Part shown: one piece after another, positions 37,060 through 43,977 of the stretch
Layout of the letters: every line of letters starts with the position of its first letter
How positions within the stretch are numbered: position 1 is the first letter of the stretch
Virus record (IMG/VR): IMGVR_UViG_3300042940_001755
Strand: one strand, 5' to 3'
Length of the DNA: 43,977 nucleotides
DNA from: a virus
Taxonomy: Duplodnaviria; Heunggongvirae; Uroviricota; Caudoviricetes
Notes under the pieces: generated by a model
Told to the model about the DNA's origin: nothing
Database searches by the model: none
What the model saw: the letters and a program-made list of their open reading frames with translations, nothing else
Made by a program: the position numbers and the translations under genes

Positions 37060-39125
37060 GAGATAAGAGCCATTTGGCCAATCGTAGTATTAGTGATCGG
37101 CTTCGTCGTATGGATCTTCGTGAAAACACGTAACCCTTGGTCCGTGCCTCCTAAGATTCTCGCGCCATCAGAGTGGATCCATCCGCGTGCACCTGAAGCA
37201 TGCAGCACGTTATTCATATCTCCCAATACTACTGGGGCCGCGTAGATTGCAGTAATAGACTGCGCGATTGGGCACGCGAATAGATAGTTAGTAGCACCGC
37301 CAGGAGGAGGTGCTACGTAGATAGTGCCGTCGATACGCGCCCAACTCGCGCGTCGCGTTACGTCAAGCGAAGAGCAAGAGTTAGCAGTAAGTGTGGAACC
37401 CCCCGCAGGAATTGTAAAAGTACTAGCTAAGAATTGTGTGCGATAAAATGTAGAGCTGCTTACACATTGGCATAACAGCAAATTGTCCTCATCTACAGGG
37501 ATAAGCGCAGGAGCGGCGGCGGCGACCTGAGAGAAAGTGCTATAGCTGATTACGGAGTTGGCTGAGACCTTTACCACCTTAAAGTTACCCGCTGTGGCCA
37601 CTGTTGGGGCAAAGTAAACAGCACCCTTAGCATCCATGCAGCTATCCCGTAGAATTACAGCCTCTACAAACGTCGTTAAAGTATACACTGTTGCATCTGC
37701 AACGAATGTGCTCTTATTGACGCGTGTCAGAACCGGAGTAGCTGAAGCCGCAGCCGGGGCTGTCCAAATAGCATCTGCAGTTATTTCGAGAGTAAATGCA
37801 CCATTTGTAATTGCCAAGAGAGTGGTAGTATCGTCAAGGGTATCAATACGGGTCAGACCTGTAGATGTGGCCACGTAGATATAGCGCTCGCCATCAAAAT
37901 CGATGTCATTGTACACCCCGCCGGTCAAGATATCTGTGGTGCTACTATTAATCGCATCAATTTTGACCACTTTGGCCAAAGTTTCGCAGATTGCGTAGTA
38001 GAATCTCCCAGTAGACATAGCTTGTGTCGTGCGATTGCTGGCACCAATAGTTACGTTGGTGACGCCCCAGTCAGGGTTGGCAGACCAACCGACAGTAGTT
38101 GTATCGTTAGGGCTGCGATAGTGCAAATTCAATAACCAATGGTCTGTCAAAGTCCCGGTAGGGTCATAGTTGCCCACTGCGTCTGTATTGATCTTGATCT
38201 TGTTCATATTCTCACCTGCTGGTGATAACAATTTCAAGCCATAGATTTGACCATAGTTGCTGATATACGTCGCAGCGTAATCATGAATTGGTTTGATTGG
38301 CAGAACAAGCCGCTTCGTAGTGTCCCATGTGTTGGCGACAAATTTATTAATAGCGCTCCCGAGATAATACGAGAATGCAGCGCCTGTTGTGGCTAACCAA
38401 TGAGGGTACTGTGCCGCACCGAAATCTCCCGCCCAGCCTTTTGCGGCGTTGACGCCTGTAGCGCCGCCGCGTGTTCGTGGGAAAGAAATTAAGGTATGGT
38501 CGCTGTTTCCAATCGGTTTTGCTGATAGACTTACTGCGCCAATATTCATCAATGTAGATGAAACCCAGCCGAAGCAAGGGTAATTGGCAGCCGCTGTGTC
38601 GGCAACATCTTCGCGAGCTGTTTCGAAACAGCCCATCCAGTTCGTAGATTCACCATTGATATAACTCTGGAAGGCCAACCAACGTGGGTTCACAAAGATC
38701 AAGAAATCTGTTGAGTCCATCTTAAAAGGCACTGTAGCGCAGTCACTGAATGTCCAGCATTCATTTACTGGGACATGGTTCACTAAGTCCCAGTTTTCGC
38801 AAACTGAGGAGCGCAATTGCATCTTATCAAGATCCCATTTCAGAATGATATACTTGTAAGTAACGCCATCCGCATTCAATGAACGGTAGACTTGCTTGAT
38901 CCATGGCAGATCATATGTGACAGAGGCGATGGCTTGCGTGGACACGGTGTCGTACAATGTCCACCCGGTAGTAGCGACCGGCGCCACACCTGTGATGGCA
39001 TTTTCGACTTTCTTCATGAAGCCTGAAGCTCCTTTGAAGAGATTCAGTGTGCCTGCAGTGGCACCTGCATTAGACGCAGTAATTTGTACAGTATTTGGGC
39101 CTGGGGATGTTACGGTAAAGGTCAT
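37056..39125 (-). CDS. Large beta-rich putative virion/fibre protein, 689 aa
   Basis: Thr/Trp/Tyr-rich; C-terminal half has propeller-like blades (YNDIDFDGERYIYVATSTGLTRID); follows cassette 1. Confidence 0.6.
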   Translation of the reverse strand: MTFTVTSPGPNTVQITASNAGATAGTLNLFKGASGFMKKVENAITGVAPVATTGWTLYDTVSTQAIASVTYDLPWIKQVYRSLNADGVTYKYIILKWDLDKMQLRSSVCENWDLVNHVPVNECWTFSDCATVPFKMDSTDFLIFVNPRWLAFQSYINGESTNWMGCFETAREDVADTAAANYPCFGWVSSTLMNIGAVSLSAKPIGNSDHTLISFPRTRGGATGVNAAKGWAGDFGAAQYPHWLATTGAAFSYYLGSAINKFVANTWDTTKRLVLPIKPIHDYAATYISNYGQIYGLKLLSPAGENMNKIKINTDAVGNYDPTGTLTDHWLLNLHYRSPNDTTTVGWSANPDWGVTNVTIGASNRTTQAMSTGRFYYAICETLAKVVKIDAINSSTTDILTGGVYNDIDFDGERYIYVATSTGLTRIDTLDDTTTLLAITNGAFTLEITADAIWTAPAAASATPVLTRVNKSTFVADATVYTLTTFVEAVILRDSCMDAKGAVYFAPTVATAGNFKVVKVSANSVISYSTFSQVAAAAPALIPVDEDNLLLCQCVSSSTFYRTQFLASTFTIPAGGSTLTANSCSSLDVTRRASWARIDGTIYVAPPPGGATNYLFACPIAQSITAIYAAPVVLGDMNNVLHASGARGWIHSDGARILGGTDQGLRVFTKIHTTKPITNTTIGQMALIS

Positions 39126-39496
39126 TAGTTATTCTCGTAAGTTAGATGTAAAGTTGCACTTTCTCCGCCTGAAGCGCTATCGATATCGACAGTTAACACA
39201 TCAGTAGGTGTAAGCTCGCATGTCACAGCCACTGGCACCACACTCGTAAAAGTGCCTACCAGCGCGTTGTTCTTTCTGAGGATGAGAGATACCGTACCAT
39301 CACAGGTCACGTAGCCGCTCTTAATGGAAATGGGAACAGGATGGGAATACGGCACAGTTCCTGTTTTGGGTGCTAAAGGACCCGTGCTGACTAAATGGAT
39401 ATAATGAGGTATCCGCGCTAAAGCTCTCAAATTCTCATCCATCTCATTATGCGTAAGCGCACTGCCCTTCTCTGAACGTAATGTCAACGGGATCAT
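39125..39496 (-). CDS. Fibre-associated protein (cassette 1, gene C), ~123 aa (start MIPLTLRS)
   Basis: ATGA overlap; LRSEKGSALTHNEMDENL N-terminus. Confidence 0.65.
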   Translation of the reverse strand: MIPLTLRSEKGSALTHNEMDENLRALARIPHYIHLVSTGPLAPKTGTVPYSHPVPISIKSGYVTCDGTVSLILRKNNALVGTFTSVVPVAVTCELTPTDVLTVDIDSASGGESATLHLTYENN

Positions 39497-39921
39497 ACTG
39501 CTTGAACCTTCCAAGTAATGACCAGGTCATCAGCTGGTGTAAGCGTGTAAGGTCCTATATTGGCATGAGAGAGCATAATGCCACCTGTTTCTGCTGTAAA
39601 CAAGCCTGTCTCTGCAATAGTTCCTGTCAAGTTGAACAGTGACAAGAAATTAGCAGTATCATTGGTTGTTGCAGTGGTGTCAATTGTGACACTAGTTGCA
39701 GCTCTCGCCACAGGCTCCCCTAGCCCGATATCCGCTACATCAGGGGCCGTTGTTGACGAGCCTACTCCCATAAAGGAAATAATAGGTGCCGCAGCTCTTG
39801 TCAAATGGTCAATAACGAGCGCCTTGCCAGTTGCCACCACCATATTTGGGATTGTCTCCGCTAATTCACCGTTGATAGTGACTTCGACGGTCCCTTTTAA
39901 AAACACATCTTCTTTCATCAT
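39493..39921 (-). CDS. Tail-collar/fibre-anchor-like protein (cassette 1, gene B), 142 aa
   Basis: ISFMGVGSS...AETGLFTAETGGIMLSH...DDLVITWKV; paralogue of 34913..35371. Confidence 0.65.
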   Translation of the reverse strand: MMKEDVFLKGTVEVTINGELAETIPNMVVATGKALVIDHLTRAAAPIISFMGVGSSTTAPDVADIGLGEPVARAATSVTIDTTATTNDTANFLSLFNLTGTIAETGLFTAETGGIMLSHANIGPYTLTPADDLVITWKVQAV

Positions 39922-40346
39922 TGAATATACCCGTCGCAGTAATTAGGGGTTAAATAAACGTCTCTATCTCTGCCTGCGTAGGCATGGAAGATATAATCTG
40001 ATTGGAAATAGTCATCCACCATTGCGCTGGCTGTAGCTGACAAGGCTGTCATAGAAAGCTCTAGCGGCTCCGTGACAACAATGTGCAGCGCTGATGTGAC
40101 AATTTCTTGGAAGCCAATAGGCTCAGCAACAGATCTGTGTAATGCAGTAGTAACAGTCGCTTGTAAGCTACTAACTTCTGAGCATAGAGTAGAAACTGCT
40201 GCGTAGGCGGCCGCTTGTAAGCTCTGAAATACAGAAACATGCACCTTGCTGAAAGCAGGGAGCGCGTATGGTCGCAAAGGATGCTGATCGCTATTGGGAC
40301 TGCGAGTAGCTACAACACCCCGGATGACCGGTTTCTGGATAATCAA
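39918..40346 (-). CDS. Hypothetical protein (cassette 1, gene A), 142 aa
   Basis: Coupled ORF; weak resemblance to 35379..35894. Confidence 0.6.
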   Translation of the reverse strand: MIIQKPVIRGVVATRSPNSDQHPLRPYALPAFSKVHVSVFQSLQAAAYAAVSTLCSEVSSLQATVTTALHRSVAEPIGFQEIVTSALHIVVTEPLELSMTALSATASAMVDDYFQSDYIFHAYAGRDRDVYLTPNYCDGYIQ

Positions 40347-40930
40347 TTAACCAGTTGAGTAGGGCTAAACAGCAACTCAACCATTCCTCTCACAGGCTTC
40401 CAAGTTCTTACAAAGGTACTGTTACTAGGCTCTGTCACGCTTATCTCAAAGAAACCATAAACATTCGAGGTCACACTAGGGCGTATACTCCAATTGGCAC
40501 CCAGCGTCTTAGGAAACTGCACGTACACAACATTCTTGGCAGCTACTATCCATACAGGCGATGTATCAGGAGCTGTTGCGTCTATTGTGGCAACTCCACC
40601 CTGACGCTCATATGTAAGCCCGTTGTAAGTTACTAATTCTTCTGAGTTGTATGCAGTAGCAGCATCCCAGACACCTCTGCTGACTGGCAGACGAACTATC
40701 AATGTCGTATTAACGCCTTCCACGCGAACATTCGAGGGTGCGGAATTCTGACTCTCGAAGTTATCGGCTTCCATTACTACAGCTTCGAATACATATCCAG
40801 CTGTCACATCTTCGACAAAGGCCACAGTTACAGGTAACTCTAATTGCTCACCAATAATCTGCGACCAAAGAACGCCGCCATCATCAGACGTTAAGTCGGA
40901 TGTAATAGTCTTTATTTTACCTCTAGCCAT
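40343..40930 (-). CDS. Putative structural protein with CBM5/12-like motif, 195 aa
   Basis: GVWDAATAYNSEELVTYNGLTY; paralogue of 32560..33000. Confidence 0.65.
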   Translation of the reverse strand: MARGKIKTITSDLTSDDGGVLWSQIIGEQLELPVTVAFVEDVTAGYVFEAVVMEADNFESQNSAPSNVRVEGVNTTLIVRLPVSRGVWDAATAYNSEELVTYNGLTYERQGGVATIDATAPDTSPVWIVAAKNVVYVQFPKTLGANWSIRPSVTSNVYGFFEISVTEPSNSTFVRTWKPVRGMVELLFSPTQLVN

Positions 40931-41231
40931 TACGGACCTCCTTAAAGAAGCCTTCCATCTTATTTGCCATTTTACCCATTAAGCTTTCTACATCATGCCT
41001 CAGCTGGCCGACGAACCCTTCCAGATCCTCTTGAGTGATCATGTCCGACTCTAATATGTCCAACTTATCGCGCAATCCTGTGATTTCTCTGAGGTTAGCT
41101 TTTTGTTGCTTGTGGATAATCGCACGCTCTTCTGCAGCCTTCTCGGCCATATTCTTCAATAGAAGAATCAACCACACAGCCACTGCGCTGAGGGCAATTA
41201 CGCCCCAGATAATAGGTCCACCTGCAGTCAT
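40923..41231 (-). CDS. Single-TM coiled-coil membrane protein (holin/antiholin/spanin candidate), 102 aa
   Basis: IIWGVIALSAVAVWLILLL N-terminal hydrophobic segment followed by a coiled coil. Confidence 0.6.
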   Translation of the reverse strand: MTAGGPIIWGVIALSAVAVWLILLLKNMAEKAAEERAIIHKQQKANLREITGLRDKLDILESDMITQEDLEGFVGQLRHDVESLMGKMANKMEGFFKEVRNG

Positions 41232-41623
41232 CAGTCCTCCTTCAGAAATCCATTAGCACACTTAGGAGGTAAATTGGAGCGGTCCACTTTGAGCTTCATG
41301 TCCTGGATAATTCTATCTAACTTTCCCCCTAAGGAGTCACCCAGGCCTTTAAGGTCAGCCTTGGTGGCGTAATGTTTTACCATACCAATCTCGAGGTCCT
41401 CTAGCTTGTCCAATTTCTGAGATATCTCTTTGAACATGCTGCTCAGCTCGCTTTTCTTCACATAGTCAGAGGCTACCAGCAACTTAAGGTCGTTGACCTC
41501 TTTGTAGGTGCCATTGAGGTGTGTCTGCATATCTTTAATCTTTGACGCAGCCATCGTGAACAATGTAGTGACTAAGAAGCCTACTACAGCTAAAATAACA
41601 TTTGTAACGTCTTGTGAGTCCAT
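41231..41623 (-). CDS. Single-TM coiled-coil membrane protein with internal duplication, 130 aa
   Basis: VILAVVGFLVTTLFTMAA hydrophobic segment; repeats SDYVKKSEL...KLDKL and KHYATKADL...KLDRI. Confidence 0.6.
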   Translation of the reverse strand: MDSQDVTNVILAVVGFLVTTLFTMAASKIKDMQTHLNGTYKEVNDLKLLVASDYVKKSELSSMFKEISQKLDKLEDLEIGMVKHYATKADLKGLGDSLGGKLDRIIQDMKLKVDRSNLPPKCANGFLKED

Positions 41624-42978
41624 TAGAATCTTCTCCCTCGTGATGTTGATTTGACGCCACTACGGACTGGATAGAGGTACTCGCAAGCATAGCGGACACC
41701 GTCCGAGAAATGCTCTACGCCCTCACTCTTGTCAATAGAGGCGGTGTCTTGGTTATTGTCTAGCCATCTTGTCCTTTCCAGACTCAAGATAACATCGTTG
41801 CAGCGTGGATGAACATACAGGTTAGTATCACCATTTGCATTTTTTAGCATTCTATTCACTGCTTGAACGCTATCCACAATAGGTGGTGCCTTCGAATGTG
41901 CAAGTGTATGAATGCCATGTGATTCTAATATGCTAAAGTCTGTTCGGCCAACCGGAGAAGAAGTCTTTCTAGCCCGTCCACTTGGATCTGGGTAGGAGTA
42001 TACTTTACGTTTACCGTTCTTATACCGGCCCACAATGGCCTTTGCCAGTTCTTCAGTGTCTGGATGACCTTTGAACTGATCAATAAAGTGCATCTGCCCG
42101 CCTCGTACAACAAAGACAGCTGAACACTGTAATGCAACGTTGAAATCGATAGCAATATGAACATCTTCTTCTTCACCGAGATCTTCCAGGTCTTTACGGA
42201 CGTGGATAGCTCGGTCAAAGCAATAGAATACGCTATTACCAGATTCCTTGAACAATGCCAAGTACTCACTAGCGAACGTTATCGGATCCATACTAGCCTT
42301 GAGACGTAATATCTCTTCAGGGTCTAGATAGGGGGAATGGGTGTAATCAAATGTGAAGTAGCCCCATGCAGAATCGCTTTCATGGTTCATACAGAGCTTG
42401 TGGAAGTAGTTATATCCTTTAGGTGTTGAGATAAAGAGGGCTCTTCCCGCCTTCAGGCCAGCGCCCTCTTGCGGGTGGTTCTGCTTTATCATGTCAACTC
42501 TTAGCTGACTCCACCGCGATGTAATAGCTGGCAGAACAGAGCCCTCCCAGGCCTCTTGCGGCGCTATGCCTTTCTTGCAGCTGGAGACCTCATCCCATAT
42601 CACAAAATAAGCACCACGACCCCTGATGCGCTCTATCGCTTCATAGGAGAGCAATCTAATCTCTGTACCATTAGCGAATATGAACTGTCCAGACTGCTTA
42701 CTGATACTTGTACATCTTTCTTCTAACCCTAAGTCGAAGGCTAAAAGAGGATAATAAATATCCACAACGTCCTGGTAGGTCGGTGCAATGATATACACAT
42801 ATTTGTTAGGGATGTGCTTAGGCAAGTGAAGAAGCTCGTAAGCTGCAGTGACACCAATAACAGCCGCCACATAGCTCTTTCCCCAACCTCGACTACAGCA
42901 TACAGCTGTGAAGCGTTTATTATCGAGCAGTAAAGCTTCTTTAAAGACAGCTGATTGGGTCTTATGCAGAGTCACCAT
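41623..42978 (-). CDS. terL: Terminase large subunit, 451 aa
   Basis: Walker A variant SRGWGKS, Walker B FVIWDE, nuclease motifs HIAIDFN and HFSDGVRY. Confidence 0.93.
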   Translation of the reverse strand: MVTLHKTQSAVFKEALLLDNKRFTAVCCSRGWGKSYVAAVIGVTAAYELLHLPKHIPNKYVYIIAPTYQDVVDIYYPLLAFDLGLEERCTSISKQSGQFIFANGTEIRLLSYEAIERIRGRGAYFVIWDEVSSCKKGIAPQEAWEGSVLPAITSRWSQLRVDMIKQNHPQEGAGLKAGRALFISTPKGYNYFHKLCMNHESDSAWGYFTFDYTHSPYLDPEEILRLKASMDPITFASEYLALFKESGNSVFYCFDRAIHVRKDLEDLGEEEDVHIAIDFNVALQCSAVFVVRGGQMHFIDQFKGHPDTEELAKAIVGRYKNGKRKVYSYPDPSGRARKTSSPVGRTDFSILESHGIHTLAHSKAPPIVDSVQAVNRMLKNANGDTNLYVHPRCNDVILSLERTRWLDNNQDTASIDKSEGVEHFSDGVRYACEYLYPVRSGVKSTSRGRRF

Positions 42979-42980
42979 AG

Positions 42981-43406
42981 CTAATCGCCCACTACAGCAT
43001 TGTAGTCATCATCGCTCAATGTAATGACCAGAGGTGCTATCTGTTGAGTCTGCAGAATAGCTGTTTCGCTGACTCTGCCATAACCATAACGCAGTAACGA
43101 TTCACTAATCTTAGACAGATTATCGTACAGTTTATGGTGGACCTCAGGACGGTAGCTCATTGGCTTTCCAGAGCCTGTTAAGGGGACTTCAATGCCATCC
43201 CTCCACTTCTCCATCCGCTCTATTTCGAGCTCTAAGCGACGATGTGATATCACCAACTCAGCGATGGGATCGAATGCCAGGGCAGCTAAGCGATCCTTAG
43301 CAGCGCCTCCTCCGGCCTTGTATTGTTGCACCACAAAATTATCAGGCAATGATTTGCTCTTTGGCTGTAAGTGGATTGAATTTGTATAAGTGTCTGTGAA
43401 CATCAC
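42981..43406 (-). CDS. Putative terminase small subunit, 141 aa
   Basis: Directly upstream of terL; strong SD AAGGAGG; helical. Assignment is by synteny. Confidence 0.6.
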   Translation of the reverse strand: MMFTDTYTNSIHLQPKSKSLPDNFVVQQYKAGGGAAKDRLAALAFDPIAELVISHRRLELEIERMEKWRDGIEVPLTGSGKPMSYRPEVHHKLYDNLSKISESLLRYGYGRVSETAILQTQQIAPLVITLSDDDYNAVVGD

Positions 43407-43620
43407 AGCCTCCTTGATTAGCTTTTAACTTTAAGAGCACTTTAGGGACACAATCTTATATCGCTTGCTGTAAATCCTAAGGAGTGTTAAAACAGCTGGT
43501 GATAATGTATTGCGTCTCTGAAGTGCTCTCGTTGGTGTTGTTCCACATAAAGTAGTCTCTCCTTTAAAGGACTCTAAGGGATTATCTTTAATAGTAATTA
43601 TTAATGATTATTGTGATATT

Positions 43621-43660
43621 AACTCTAACACCCATTATGGCACTCTAACACCCATTATGG
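43621..43660. repeat. 20-bp tandem duplication (A/C)ACTCTAACACCCATTATGG
   Basis: 43621-43640 and 43641-43660 differ only at the first base. Confidence 0.9.
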
Positions 43661-43977
43661 TTCTTTAAAGCTTCTTTTCAGTCTCTTTAAAGCTCCTTTA
43701 TAGATACTTTAAAGTACTTTAATAGTATATTGTAATAATTATTATCATAATTTCCATTATGGCCTTTAATGACCTTTAAAGTACCATAATAGTCTTTAAA
43801 GGCCTTTAACACCCATTATGGTTCTTTAAAGCTTCTTTTCAGTCTCTTTAAAGCTCCTTTATAGATACTTTAAAGTACTTTAATAGTATATTGTAATAAT
43901 TATTATCATAATTTCCATTATGGCCTTTAATGACCTTTAAAGTACCATAATAGTCTTTAAAGGCCTTTAACACCCAT
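43646..43977. repeat. 161-bp tandem direct repeat (two full copies plus the start of a third, cut by the window end)
   Basis: TAACACCCATTATGGTTC starts at 43646 and 43807, and TAACACCCAT at 43968; the two full copies look identical by eye. Confidence 0.92.

Noticed and set aside
33483-40930. Diversity-generating retroelement acting on fibre genes
   Set aside because: No reverse transcriptase and no near-identical template/variable repeat pair differing at adenines was seen in this window.
16938-43620. Repeated T7-like phage promoter consensus in intergenic gaps
   Set aside because: No shared ~20-bp motif was found by eye. This fits the RNAP acting on genes outside the window, but a MEME search of the whole genome is needed.
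43646-43977. Possible CRISPR array
   Set aside because: Units are identical tandem 161-bp copies with no unique spacers, and no cas genes are present.
1-43977. tRNA/rRNA genes, integrase, transposase
   Set aside because: None recognised; the intergenic gaps are short or otherwise explained.

Overview
This is the virion-morphogenesis (late) operon of a long-tailed dsDNA phage (siphovirus-type), with every credible gene on the minus strand. In transcription order (right to left): AT-rich tandem repeats; putative small terminase and large terminase; two single-TM coiled-coil proteins; a ~9 kb accessory structural region with a duplicated three-gene cassette, an RTX-repeat protein and a GH24 lysozyme; portal; four small basic proteins; a MuF (SPP1 gp7/Mu gpF) head-protein domain fused to a T7-like single-subunit RNA polymerase; three small genes resembling anti-defence nucleotide sponges; scaffold, major capsid and head-tail genes; two paralogous tail-tube genes; a G/G-T chaperone pair with the lambda GGGAAAG slippery site; a 4092-aa tape measure protein with a GH73 domain; and tail tip genes ending in a partial lambda J-like gene. 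The standout is the MuF-RNAP gene (1784 aa predicted after splicing), a candidate virion-packaged RNA polymerase. It is interrupted just upstream of catalytic motif C by a 955-nt group I intron carrying an HNH homing endonuclease. All family assignments come from motif recognition by eye; no searches were run.
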